Shown here piece after piece: positions 30,607 to 40,351 of a stretch of DNA of 64,000 nt. The position numbers and the translations under genes were made by a program. Origin of the DNA: an uncultured bacterium (lineage in GTDB: Bacteria; Chlamydiota; Chlamydiia; Chlamydiales; SM23-39); NCBI GenBank assembly GCA_963716985.1, contig OY970323.1, positions 1,760,001 through 1,824,000 on the forward strand, given 5' to 3'. Within the stretch, counting starts at the first letter, position 1. Every line of letters starts with the position of its first letter. The notes under the pieces are model-generated. The model had not been told where the DNA came from. It did no database searches and saw only the letters and a list, made by a program, of their open reading frames with translations.

Positions 30607-31287
30607 ATGAAAATAAGCCCTATGGAAGAAAAAGTAGAAGCCATCGTTCTTAAGAGCATTCCGTTTCAGGAAAAAAATCGCATTCTTACCATTTTTTCGA
30701 AGGAAGAGGGACTGCTTTCGCTCATCGTCAAAAAGATCAGCTCCCCCCATTTGCTTGCTCTGACCACTCCTTTTTGCGTGGGAGAGTTTCTTTATAAAAA
30801 GGGACGAGGAGATCTCTTTTCCTTTCGCGACGGCACCATTTACGACAGCCTCTCTTTTTTACGCAACAACTTCGAATCGCTCCAAGCAGCCTCTTCCATG
30901 GCACGGGCCATCTTAAACTCCCATTTCCCCCAAAGCTACACCTCTCGCCTCTATCTGCTTTTTATTTCCTATCTCAAACAAATGCAGAGTTTTGAAAAAA
31001 AGGAAAACCTCGTCTCTAGTTTCCTGCTGAAAATTCTTTTGCACGAAGGTCTCCTACATCTCTCTTCTTTCTGCAATGTCTGCAAAGAAAAAGCCCCTTC
31101 CTATCTTTTTCGAGGAGAAAGTCAATGCTTTCTTCATCAAGAAAAGGGATCGGTTGCTTTTTCCGAAGAGGAGTGGAAAATTTTAAAACTCTTGACCTAT
31201 AGCAGATCCTTTCAGCTATTAAAAGAGGCGGATCTCACAGGGGAGTTAAAAACGAAAATATCTTCTGTTTTCCAAGAGCTCAGTTAA
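30607..31287 (+). CDS. recO: DNA repair protein RecO
   Basis: EAIVLKSIPFQEKNRILTIFS, FLLKIL..EG, CNVC zinc motif. Confidence 0.88.
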   Translation: MKISPMEEKVEAIVLKSIPFQEKNRILTIFSKEEGLLSLIVKKISSPHLLALTTPFCVGEFLYKKGRGDLFSFRDGTIYDSLSFLRNNFESLQAASSMARAILNSHFPQSYTSRLYLLFISYLKQMQSFEKKENLVSSFLLKILLHEGLLHLSSFCNVCKEKAPSYLFRGESQCFLHQEKGSVAFSEEEWKILKLLTYSRSFQLLKEADLTGELKTKISSVFQELS

Positions 31288-31700
31288 AGCCTACTTTCGA
31301 TTGTGCCGTTTCGATAAAGCCAGCGGCCCTCTTGTCTGACGAAAAAGCTGTTTTCGATAAAAGTGGCCGAACCGCCCCCTTTTTTCAAGTAGGCAATGAA
31401 ACGAATGGTTGCCTCTTCTCTCTTATTTTCCATGTCCAATATTTCGACTCCTTCAAAAAAATGAGAGGAAGAAAAACTGGAAATCCTTTTCTCCCATTCC
31501 TGAAGGTCCCTCTGATATTCGGGATTGTCCGGGTGGGTCGTCTCGATGATAAAATGGGGAAGATTCATAGCATAAGCAGAAAATCTAGAAATCAAAAGCA
31601 AAGCAGCCGTTGGAACAGCCTTTCCCTTGTGATAAGGAGCGCAACAGAGCAGATAACCCTTCTTGCTCCCGCATGCACAATTTTTTTGATTCACGGCCAT
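31284..31700 (-). CDS. YchJ family SEC-C motif protein
   Basis: CACGS..Y..CC.PYH, SRFSAY, ENSFF...WLY..G. Confidence 0.88.
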   Translation of the reverse strand: MAVNQKNCACGSKKGYLLCCAPYHKGKAVPTAALLLISRFSAYAMNLPHFIIETTHPDNPEYQRDLQEWEKRISSFSSSHFFEGVEILDMENKREEATIRFIAYLKKGGGSATFIENSFFVRQEGRWLYRNGTIESRL

Positions 31701-31714
31701 TTCCTAAAAATCAA

Positions 31715-31798
31715 TGCGAGAAGGGGGACTCGAACCCCCACAAGATTTCTCCCACTACCACCTCAAAGTAGCGCGTCTACCAATTCCGCCATTCTCGC
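31715..31798 (-). tRNA. tRNA-Leu(GAG)
   Basis: GCGAGAATGGCGGAATTGGTAGACGCG..., loop TTGAGGT, long variable arm. Confidence 0.95.
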
Positions 31799-31842
31799 GA
31801 GCAACTAAAGACAAAAAATATAGCTGCAAGATCCATATCGGC

Positions 31843-33432
31843 TCAAGAGTTTTTTTCGACAAACTCTTTCTGCCAATCTTCTTCCGAGAAGGGCCGTCCC
31901 AAAACCTTTTCGACCAGCTCCTGCCAAGGATAACTGTTGGCTGGAGAAAATAATTTTTCTTTTAACAATCTTCCCGATTGTGGAGTCCAAAGAACCTCTT
32001 GCCCTTGGCTTTTCAAAAAAGATTTGAGAGAAGACGCAAAGATTTCTCCTAAAAGATAGCTATAGTAATAGACGGGGGCAAGTCCTATGTGAAACTTCGA
32101 CGCCCAGTCTTGGCTGTGCTCGCGGTCGGCAGGCATCTTCACTTTTTGATAGCGCTCTACTAGGTTCCACCAGAGCTTTTGGAGATCTTGGCGGGGGTCT
32201 CGATAGAGAGCCTCTTCAAAGTAGGTCATGACCATCACCCAGCGGCTGAAGATCAATTGCTGTCTTTTGCGCGATTTTTCCGCCTCAAGCATGGCGGCCC
32301 GCTTCTCTTTGCTCATGGGAGAGGAGAGAAATTTTTTTAAGAATTCACTCGAATAGACTTGACTGCCTGCCAAAAGCGCCATGGCTTCCGTTGTGATCAT
32401 ATGAGGAGGCTCGCGAAGAAGCCAGGGAAGAGAATAATCCATTCCTTTTTCATAAACCCCATGGCCCAGCTCATGCAAAAGAGTGTCTGCCCATCGGAGA
32501 GTCGGGACCAAATTATTGAGCGTTCTGACATCCCCCTTGCGATCGATATGAGTGCAGAATGCGTGCTGGTTCTTATTTTCCCTTTCGTAAAGGTCGCTGC
32601 GGCTCAAGATAGATTTCACATCGAGGTCCATGGAGGTATAAAAATTGCGAGCCATTGCGACAAGGTCCTCTCGTTGTACAAGAGCGTCAAATTCTTTAGA
32701 ATAAAGAGGATCTTCTTGGCAAAAAGGATCGCTCCAAGTCCAAGGGAAAAGCTCTTTTCGATCAACGCCAAAACGCTCGCTTAGCTTCTTTTCCAAAAAA
32801 ACCATCAAAGAATCGTAGGATTCTTGCGAACTTTTTTCCACTTTTTCCAAAAAAGAAAAAAGCCACGCATAGTCCACTTCCTGCAAATCGAGCTGCATCA
32901 TAAAATAATTCTCATATCCCAGGTGGCGGGCGGCAATATTGCGCAGTTCGACAATCTCCACAATCAGGGGAGCCAAAAAGCTACCAATCTCTTTGGAGTG
33001 CTGCCAAACCTCTTTTCTTGCCGCCATGCGCTCCTCATCTTTGAGCACCTGGCGAATCTGATTTTCCGTCAAAGCCTTCCCTTCAAAAACAGGCCGAAAC
33101 GTTGCATATTTCTGCGCCAGCTGGCTCTCCTTTTGGGCAATTTGCTCTCGAAGAAAATCGGGTATCATGTTTTCTTTGAATCGCAAAATCAAAAGGTTGA
33201 GCTGCCTCTCCAAAAGGGGATCGTCGATCTTCTCCTTTTTCCAGGACAGAAGCTGCTCATAGATTTTGGGGTCGGAAAAAAACTTTCGATACTCCGTTAT
33301 CAAGCCGGCAAGAGAATGCGCAGCATCTTTAGAACCCGTCGTCTCTAAAATCCAGCTCACTTGCTGCACCTGTTTTGCTTTTTCCTCTACGGGAGGAACA
33401 AAAGACTCAAGAAATGGCTCAAAAAAAATCAT
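31843..33432 (-). CDS. M2/M3-family zinc metallopeptidase
   Basis: LLHELGH, TEAMA, KFHI..APVYYYSY. Confidence 0.88.
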   Translation of the reverse strand: MIFFEPFLESFVPPVEEKAKQVQQVSWILETTGSKDAAHSLAGLITEYRKFFSDPKIYEQLLSWKKEKIDDPLLERQLNLLILRFKENMIPDFLREQIAQKESQLAQKYATFRPVFEGKALTENQIRQVLKDEERMAARKEVWQHSKEIGSFLAPLIVEIVELRNIAARHLGYENYFMMQLDLQEVDYAWLFSFLEKVEKSSQESYDSLMVFLEKKLSERFGVDRKELFPWTWSDPFCQEDPLYSKEFDALVQREDLVAMARNFYTSMDLDVKSILSRSDLYERENKNQHAFCTHIDRKGDVRTLNNLVPTLRWADTLLHELGHGVYEKGMDYSLPWLLREPPHMITTEAMALLAGSQVYSSEFLKKFLSSPMSKEKRAAMLEAEKSRKRQQLIFSRWVMVMTYFEEALYRDPRQDLQKLWWNLVERYQKVKMPADREHSQDWASKFHIGLAPVYYYSYLLGEIFASSLKSFLKSQGQEVLWTPQSGRLLKEKLFSPANSYPWQELVEKVLGRPFSEEDWQKEFVEKNS

Positions 33433-33585
33433 TCAATCTCTCATGGTTGTCAGATCGAACTACTCATCGCATGAAAACGATTTTATGTCAAAATTCAGAA
33501 AAGCAAAAAGAGAAGAGGGTCGGCCCTCTTGAGTAGCGCACAATTTCCCCTTGCCCTTGCAGCTTTTTTCTCCTACAATCGAGGC

Positions 33586-33840
33586 ATGAAAAAAATCTTG
33601 ATTTTCCTAATCAAATGCTACCAATGGACGATCAGTCCCTATTTGGGCTCTTGTTGCAGATTTTATCCGAGCTGCTCCCACTATGCCCTCGATGCGATCC
33701 AAACCTTCGGATGGCTCAAAGGAAGCTTCCTTGCACTCAAGAGGCTCTGCAAATGCCACCCCTTTCATCCGGGAGGGTATGATCCGATTCCCCAGGAAAA
33801 GAAAAACTCTTCTCAAGAAGACTCTTTTCCTATAAATTAG
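33586..33840 (+). CDS. yidD: membrane protein insertion efficiency factor
   Basis: [22 protein letters not shown]. Confidence 0.93.
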   Translation: MKKILIFLIKCYQWTISPYLGSCCRFYPSCSHYALDAIQTFGWLKGSFLALKRLCKCHPFHPGGYDPIPQEKKNSSQEDSFPIN

Positions 33841-33862
33841 TGGAAAAATCCTTTGTTTTTTT

Positions 33863-36250
33863 ATGAAAATCCCGCTTTCTTTGATTAAGGAATGGATCGA
33901 AATACATAAGACCCCGCGAGAAATTGCCGATCTTTTAACGCTGGCCGGCATCGAAGTGGACAAGATTGAAAACGAGGCCCCCTCTTTTTCCCATGTCGTT
34001 GTAGGTCAGATTGTTTCTATAGAAAAACATCCCCATGCCGACAAGCTCGTTTTGGTTCAGGTAGACGACGGGAATGAAATTCTTCCCATTGTTTGCGGGG
34101 CCCCCAATTGCAAAAAAGGAATGAAGGTGGCGCTTGCGAAAATTGGAGCCACCCTTTTGGATGAGACGGGAAAAAAGTGGAAAATCAAAAAAACGAATAT
34201 ACGCAACGTCGATTCTTTTGGCATGCTCTGCAGCGGCAAAGAGCTGCGGATCTCGGAGGACTCGTCCGGCATTTTAGAGCTTCCGGAAGAATTTTCCCAA
34301 GGCGCAGACCTCTCCTCTCTTCTCTCTGATCCCGTCTTTGAAATCTCGCTCACTCCCAATCTCGGCCACTGTGCAAGCGCCATCGGAATAGCAAGAGAGC
34401 TTTCCGCATTGACGGGAGATCCTCTGTTTCCCAAAAAATCCCGCCCTCTGGAAGAAAAAGGCGCTTCCATTCATGAAAAACTATCCGTTTCCCTTGAGGC
34501 CAAGAACGACTGCCTTCGCTATGCTTGCCGTTTGGTCGAAGGGATCGAAGAAGCATCCACCCCTTTTTGGCTCAAGCAAACGCTCGAAAGTTCGGGCTAT
34601 CGATCCCTCCATCCGGTTGTCGACGTTTTGAACTATCTCATGATTGCCTATGGCCATCCCCTGCATGCCTTTGATTATGATAAGATCGCAGGGAAAAAAC
34701 TTTTGATCGAAACCAATCGGGAAGTACAAACCCGTATAGGACTCGACGGAAAAGAGTATACCATTCCCTTAGATGCTCTCCTCATCTCTGACGCAGAAAA
34801 ACCCCTCGTCATCGCGGGAATTTTGGGGCTTGAGAATGCATCGATTGCAGCATCGTCGAGAAACATTCTCATTGAAGCCGCCTCTTTTGATCCTATGTCC
34901 ATCCGAAAAAGCTGCAAGGCCCTCAACCTCAAAACAGAAAGCAGTTTTCGCTTTGAAAGAGGAATCGATATCGGCTGCATCCCCTTTGTTTTGGATCAAG
35001 CTGCATCCATGATCCATTCCATTTGCAAAGGAACGATCACTCGAGGGAAAATCGATCTGTATCCGAAAGAACTCGACCCTTCCCAAATTCGCTTCCGACC
35101 ACAAAGAGCCAACCGCCTCCTCGGCACGCAATTAAGCAATAGCGAAATGGAAAACATCTTCGATCGCCTGCAGATGAGCACAAAAGCCGGTGCAGAATGG
35201 ATCGTTTCTCCACCCTCCTATCGAAACGACATCAAAACTGAAATCGATCTGATCGAAGAGGTGGCCCGCATTTATGGCTACAACAACATCGAGAAAAAGA
35301 CGCCTCTCTACGCAAGCTCCAAGTTGCCGCACACCCCTTTATATCTCTTTGAAAAAGAGCTGCGCAAAAATCTCGTCTCGCAAGGACTGCAAGAACTGAT
35401 GACCTCTGATCTCATCAGCCCAAAACTTGCCTCCCTTTGCGAAGAGATGCATTTTGCCGGAGAAGGATTCATCAAAGTTCTCCATTCCAAATCGGAAGAC
35501 TTTTCCATCCTTCGCCCCTCCCTGCTCCCCAGTCTTTTGCAAGTCGTTCAATTCAACCTGGACCATCAGAGAGAAACGCTTTGCGGATATGAAATAGGAA
35601 AAGTCCATTTTAAGAATCAAGAGCGCTTGATTGAAGAAAACATTGTCTCTCTCGTTCTTTGCGGCAAAGAGTCCGCCGTGCATTGGAAGGAAAAATCTAG
35701 AAAGTTTGATTTTTACGATCTCAAAGGAATACTGGAAAATCTTTTTTCTGCCCTTGGAATTTCTCCTACTTCTTTTGAGCCCTCCTCATTTCCTTTCCTT
35801 CATCCGGGAAGACAAGCTAAGGTTCGCCTGGGAAAAGCTGAGATAGGAGTTCTAGGAGAAGTGCATCCTTTTACGCTGAGCCGGCTCGATATAAAAGAGA
35901 AGGTCTATTTTGCAGAGATCAACACACGCTCGCTCTTGGAATCTACAAAAACAGTTGTGAAATTCCGTGACATCCCGCTCTTTCCTTCCTCTGAAAGAGA
36001 TTGGACCTTTGCGATGCCGGAGGGCTTTTCTTATTCCAAAATTAATGATCTGATCGAAAAGGTAAGAACTCCTCTTTTGGAGAGTTTTTCTCTGATCGAC
36101 CTTTATGAGGATCCCATTTCTCTTCAAAAGAAAATCACCCTGCATTTCATTTATCGCGATAAAGGAAAAACAATTACATTAGAAGAAGTAGAAAAGGAAC
36201 ATGACAATTTCATGAAGAATCTTTCTTCGCTTCTTTTTGAAAAAAAATAA
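33863..36250 (+). CDS. pheT: phenylalanine--tRNA ligase beta subunit
   Basis: HPHADKL, VCGAPN, SFRFERG, DLIEEVARIYGY. Confidence 0.97.
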   Translation: MKIPLSLIKEWIEIHKTPREIADLLTLAGIEVDKIENEAPSFSHVVVGQIVSIEKHPHADKLVLVQVDDGNEILPIVCGAPNCKKGMKVALAKIGATLLDETGKKWKIKKTNIRNVDSFGMLCSGKELRISEDSSGILELPEEFSQGADLSSLLSDPVFEISLTPNLGHCASAIGIARELSALTGDPLFPKKSRPLEEKGASIHEKLSVSLEAKNDCLRYACRLVEGIEEASTPFWLKQTLESSGYRSLHPVVDVLNYLMIAYGHPLHAFDYDKIAGKKLLIETNREVQTRIGLDGKEYTIPLDALLISDAEKPLVIAGILGLENASIAASSRNILIEAASFDPMSIRKSCKALNLKTESSFRFERGIDIGCIPFVLDQAASMIHSICKGTITRGKIDLYPKELDPSQIRFRPQRANRLLGTQLSNSEMENIFDRLQMSTKAGAEWIVSPPSYRNDIKTEIDLIEEVARIYGYNNIEKKTPLYASSKLPHTPLYLFEKELRKNLVSQGLQELMTSDLISPKLASLCEEMHFAGEGFIKVLHSKSEDFSILRPSLLPSLLQVVQFNLDHQRETLCGYEIGKVHFKNQERLIEENIVSLVLCGKESAVHWKEKSRKFDFYDLKGILENLFSALGISPTSFEPSSFPFLHPGRQAKVRLGKAEIGVLGEVHPFTLSRLDIKEKVYFAEINTRSLLESTKTVVKFRDIPLFPSSERDWTFAMPEGFSYSKINDLIEKVRTPLLESFSLIDLYEDPISLQKKITLHFIYRDKGKTITLEEVEKEHDNFMKNLSSLLFEKK

Positions 36251-36336
36251 AAGAAGCCTATTTGTTTAAGAATCTCTTGAAAAATAGCTTCTCAAATCCA
36301 TAACATGAATCCATCTAGCTTTATCGGAGTCAGAAT

Positions 36337-37308
36337 ATGAAAAAAGTGGTTTTCGCTTTAGTCTGCTCTCTTCCTCTATTCCTCGCCTGTCAAAAAACGG
36401 GCCAGCAATGCGATTGCATTTCTCAGCAATATATGCACAAATATGGATTTCCCTTAACGGAAAAGGAATGGAAGGAAAGAGAAAAAGACGGGCAAATAAT
36501 CAGCCGTCTCAAAAATGGCTGCACCGTCACCAACAACTACATCGCAGGGGTCTTGCATGGCTCTTCTACGATTACTTTCCCTCATAGCGCCCTCATTCAA
36601 ATGCGCTGTGAATATGATCAAGGAACCCCGGTCAAATATATCCTCCATGACGATTCCGGCCTCCCTTATAAGGAAGTGTCCTTTGAGCCGGAGGACCGAC
36701 AGGTCATCACTCTTTGGAATGAAAAGGGCGTGCCTTTAAGCATTGAAGAATATGAAGGGGGCCTTCTTGTGGAAGGACAATATTTCAATGCGAAGCATGA
36801 ACTCGAATCCTCAGTTGAAAATGGAGAAGGAACACGGCTGCAGCGGGCGCACAATGGCTCTCTGCTCTCTAAAGATGCTTTTAAGAATAGCAAGCTAGCG
36901 TCGCGCACCTCTTTCCATCCCGATGGAAGGGTTGCCGCTGTGAGGAATTTTCAAGATTATCAACTCCATGGAAACCATCTCATTTATTCCACAACAGGCT
37001 CTCTCTTGATGGAAATGAATTGGGAGTCGGGGGTGCTGCATGGCCCTGTGATTACCTATTTCAATGGGACCAAGGCAAAAGAAGTGCCCTATGTCCGCGG
37101 TAAAAAGCAAGGGCAGGAGAATCAATTCGACGACAAGGGCAATCTCATCGCAGAAATCCGTTGGGATAATGACCAAAAGCATGGCAGCTCTCGATACTAC
37201 GACAACAGCCAAACGAATATTCAATGGTACTTCCGAGGAGATGCCGTCTCTTCGAGAAATTTTGAAAAGCTCGACATGCATGAGAAAATGGTTGCCGGTC
37301 TAGAATAA
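36337..37308 (+). CDS. MORN-variant repeat lipoprotein (chlamydial, downstream of pheT)
   Basis: Lipobox FLAC, YMHKYG, repeated LHG units. Confidence 0.82.
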   Translation: MKKVVFALVCSLPLFLACQKTGQQCDCISQQYMHKYGFPLTEKEWKEREKDGQIISRLKNGCTVTNNYIAGVLHGSSTITFPHSALIQMRCEYDQGTPVKYILHDDSGLPYKEVSFEPEDRQVITLWNEKGVPLSIEEYEGGLLVEGQYFNAKHELESSVENGEGTRLQRAHNGSLLSKDAFKNSKLASRTSFHPDGRVAAVRNFQDYQLHGNHLIYSTTGSLLMEMNWESGVLHGPVITYFNGTKAKEVPYVRGKKQGQENQFDDKGNLIAEIRWDNDQKHGSSRYYDNSQTNIQWYFRGDAVSSRNFEKLDMHEKMVAGLE

Positions 37309-37330
37309 GTCTTCACTTTTTTCATGAACG

Positions 37331-37424
37331 AAAGGATCTTTTGCGCTTATTCGCCAGAAGATCCTTTTTTTGTCTGCGGACAAAAAAAAGACCTCTTTCC
37401 TGGCAAGAAAAGAGATCTTTTTTC
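37331..37424. terminator. two intrinsic terminator-like hairpins between convergent genes
   Basis: AAAGGATCTT...AAGATCCTTTTTTT and A8-GACCTCTTT...AAAGAGATC-T6. Confidence 0.65.
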
Positions 37425-37435
37425 GGAAATGAGAC

Positions 37436-37813
37436 TTATTTCTTTGAAGGAGAAGAGCTAGGTTTCTTTGATTTTTTGGAATCTTTTTCTTTGGCCTTCT
37501 TCTCTAGATCAACATCAAGCGCTGAGGTTGTTCCTTTATCCATCTTTGCGCCTTCTGCCGGCAGCGCTTCTTTTTTTTGCTCAACCGGAGCCGGTTCTGC
37601 TTTCTTCATCGCCGTTTCTTCTGAAGTAACAATGTTGCCGACATCCATTTCCGCTTTTGCTTCTTCAGTTACCGAATTTTTTTGCTCATCGAGAAAATGT
37701 GCAAATGTCTCATCTAATTTTGTAGTTTCTCTGTTTTCTGCTTTGCATGCTCCAAAAAGAAGCAGCGAAGTCCCTAAAAGCAACAATTTGCCTTTCAAAA
37801 ACTTTTTTCCCAT
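37436..37813 (-). CDS. small Lys/Glu-rich lipoprotein
   Basis: Lipobox FGAC then KAENRETTKLDETFAHFL. Confidence 0.7.
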   Translation of the reverse strand: MGKKFLKGKLLLLGTSLLLFGACKAENRETTKLDETFAHFLDEQKNSVTEEAKAEMDVGNIVTSEETAMKKAEPAPVEQKKEALPAEGAKMDKGTTSALDVDLEKKAKEKDSKKSKKPSSSPSKK

Positions 37814-38100
37814 TTGAAACCTCGTTTTGTTAATAGGACCATCTATTTTGATGGTATTCTGATCATTCAAGACTCTTGATTTATTGAGCCTTAAGAAGAA
37901 TTTAAGATGGAATACAAATTTAATGCAAGGCACAATTCGCCTCGATTCTGAAGAGACGGGATTGGTTGTGTGAAAAAGCTTTGTTTAACGCTCGTTTCTG
38001 TTTAGGAATATGTCCGAAATGGATAGAGCTTCTTTCAAGAGATCAAAATGCCACCTCCGGAAAAGATGGCATTTTGCAAAAGATCGCGAATTGACAAAAC

Positions 38101-38523
38101 TCAGTTTTCAGGCGGCTTCTCTTCGCCGCAAGCAAACAGTTTGCTTTCCGTTGGCTTTCCTTCTTCAGGAACATTCCTTTTTGCGGGATCTTCGCTAGAA
38201 ACAACCTTGTTCCCTTTCTCTGTGGGCTTTCCTTCTTCAGGAACATCCTTTTTTGCAGGATCTTCGTTAGAAACAACCTTATTCCTCTTTTCTGTCGGTT
38301 TTCCTTCTTCTGAGAGAGGCTTCTTTACAGGATCTTCGTCGCCACAAGGACACTTCCTGCATTCTTTTGGTTTTGCATCTTCAGGGGCCTCTTGCTCTTT
38401 GAGGAATTGAGTAAAAGTTTCATCCAACTTTGAAAGGTCTCTGTTCTCTGCGTTGCAGGTACCCAGAAAAAGAAGGGCGCTGCATAGAAAAACTAGCTTG
38501 GTGTTTAAAATTTTTTTCGTCAT
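38101..38523 (-). CDS. paralogous small lipoprotein with 24-aa repeats
   Basis: LGTC then NAENRDLSKLDETFTQFL; GGAG RBS. Confidence 0.72.
   Translation of the reverse strand: MTKKILNTKLVFLCSALLFLGTCNAENRDLSKLDETFTQFLKEQEAPEDAKPKECRKCPCGDEDPVKKPLSEEGKPTEKRNKVVSNEDPAKKDVPEEGKPTEKGNKVVSSEDPAKRNVPEEGKPTESKLFACGEEKPPEN
38153..38337. repeat. 72-bp coding tandem repeat, ~2.6 copies
   Basis: GG(C/T)TTTCCTTCTTC at 38153, 38225 and 38297. Confidence 0.88.
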
Positions 38524-38607
38524 CCTACAACTCCGTTTTTACATTCGCAAACCAGTATAAACAACCGCGGATCAAATTTCTATTTTTTTTCACCGCTCTT
38601 TTCACAT

Positions 38608-38623
38608 TGGCACACTTTTCGCA
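38608..38623 (+). promoter_or_regulatory. putative sigma-54 (-24/-12) promoter
   Basis: TGGCACACTTTTCGCA = GG-N10-GC, ending 31 nt before the ATG at 38655. Confidence 0.75.
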
Positions 38624-38654
38624 TCTAATATAGGTAGATACAAGGAGAAATCAT

Positions 38655-38858
38655 ATGAAGGAAAAAGACTTACTACAAAGGATAGCAACCCTCGAAACTA
38701 TTAACGATCAATTAATTACAGAAATCAACTATCTAGACAGCATCGCAAGAGAGCTTGGCTTTCATGAAGGCCTTAAAACGCTAAAAGAAGCCGCTCTTGA
38801 GCTCTTAGAAGAAGAAAAAACCGACTCTTCCGAAGAAGAGCCCCCATTGACTGGATGA
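38655..38858 (+). CDS. small coiled-coil protein, CT652.1-like
   Basis: AAGGAG RBS; LETINDQL..E...LGFHEGL.TLK recalled as the CT652.1 family. Confidence 0.7.
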   Translation: MKEKDLLQRIATLETINDQLITEINYLDSIARELGFHEGLKTLKEAALELLEEEKTDSSEEEPPLTG

Positions 38859-38935
38859 TCGCACTAGAAGGAAATACCGCAACTCTCTATCCTTGAAAAA
38901 GCCAATATTCGATCCAATCAATTGGCCCGTGACTC

Positions 38936-39640
38936 GTGAAGCAATTAGCGCCCCCCTTTCTTTCTAGCAAAATATTGATTTTCAAGAGCTTGCGCTATTT
39001 GCTCTCCCAAGATAAAGAAGGTCTTTTTTGGCGATTTTTTGCCCAAAACCCACTCCTCTGCCTCTCTCGTTTTTTCGGACTCTTCTTTCGCAGGGAAGAA
39101 AAAATTTCCCAAGGTGGGTATTTTTTTCACGGACTGAATAACTTGATCGATCTGGAAAGGGCGCTATGTGCAGACAATACCTATCTTTTTATCGGACTCA
39201 GTTATTGCCAAAAACCCTTCGATTGCCCCTCTCAGAGATTTTCGGAAGAATGCCGAGCCTCCTCCCATCCTGCTTGTAATGAGTGTCTTATAGGAAACGT
39301 TTCCCGCAATTTTTCTTCCCACACCTCTTGCATCGTCACCATCCCCACGATCTTCTTTCTTGCAAAAAAAATGATGCAGATCAAAGAGGAGCACCCTTCC
39401 AAACAGATTCTTTTCCTTATTTCCGCATGCCCCCTTTCCCTGCATTTTTTTGCCCCCTGGGCCCATTTTCTTCACCTGCAGGGAGCCTCCCTCCCCCTAT
39501 CAGGTCCCGTCTGCGCAGCTTTTTCCTTTTTTAAGACAGCAGAAGGAGGGGAAAAGAGAGGAGTGACCTATCTCCTCCCAGAACAAGAAGATCAGCTTCT
39601 TGCGCTTCTTGCCCTGAGAAAAAAGGCTTTTCTGACTTAA
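38936..39640 (+). CDS. hypothetical Cys-rich protein
   Basis: YCQKPFDCP..RF...C......CNEC, ISAC, GPVC. Confidence 0.6.
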   Translation: MKQLAPPFLSSKILIFKSLRYLLSQDKEGLFWRFFAQNPLLCLSRFFGLFFRREEKISQGGYFFHGLNNLIDLERALCADNTYLFIGLSYCQKPFDCPSQRFSEECRASSHPACNECLIGNVSRNFSSHTSCIVTIPTIFFLAKKMMQIKEEHPSKQILFLISACPLSLHFFAPWAHFLHLQGASLPLSGPVCAAFSFFKTAEGGEKRGVTYLLPEQEDQLLALLALRKKAFLT

Positions 39641-39709
39641 ATCCTTGTTTGAAAATGCGCTTTTACGTTAGGATGCTTGACTATTGTTGACCTTAATTGA
39701 GGAGAAAAA

Positions 39710-40330
39710 ATGGCTCGTTATACTGGACCGAAAAACCGTATTGCTAGAAGGTTTGGCGCAAATATTTTTGGACGTCTGCGCAACCCTCTTCTTCATAAAA
39801 CAACTCCACCTGGAATGCATGGCGCTAAACGCAAGAAAAAATCAGATTACGGACTCCAGCTGGAAGAAAAGCAAAAGATCCGATCAGTTTACGGAATGCT
39901 CACCCAAAAACAGCTTGTAAAGACCTACAAACAAGCTCTTAAAATGAAAGGCACAACCCATTCTATCTTTTTACAGCTTTTGGAAACCCGCCTCGACAAT
40001 ATTGTCTATCGCCTTCGTTTCGCCGGAACCATTTTTGCCGCACAACAGCTTGTTGCGCATGGCCATATTGAAGTGGACGGAAAAAAGGTGGATATTCGTT
40101 CTTTTACCGTTCGTCCGGGCATGGTCGTTTCTGTGAGAAATAAATCAAAAAATACAAAAATAATCCAAGAATGCATCCAGAATACGGCACGGGAACTTCC
40201 CCCTTATTTGACTCTTGGCGAAGACCGCCTTTCTGGAACGCTGACAGCATTGCCAGAGGCCGATCAGGTGCCGCTTCCCATCTTAATCAACATTCCTCTC
40301 GTATGCGAGTTTCTCTCCCACACGAATTGA
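39710..40330 (+). CDS. rpsD: 30S ribosomal protein S4
   Basis: MARYTGPK, SDYGLQLEEKQK, LETRLDNIVYR, QLVAHGH. Confidence 0.98.
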   Translation: MARYTGPKNRIARRFGANIFGRLRNPLLHKTTPPGMHGAKRKKKSDYGLQLEEKQKIRSVYGMLTQKQLVKTYKQALKMKGTTHSIFLQLLETRLDNIVYRLRFAGTIFAAQQLVAHGHIEVDGKKVDIRSFTVRPGMVVSVRNKSKNTKIIQECIQNTARELPPYLTLGEDRLSGTLTALPEADQVPLPILINIPLVCEFLSHTN

Positions 40331-40351
40331 TGGGTTGTTTTTTAAGAGATT

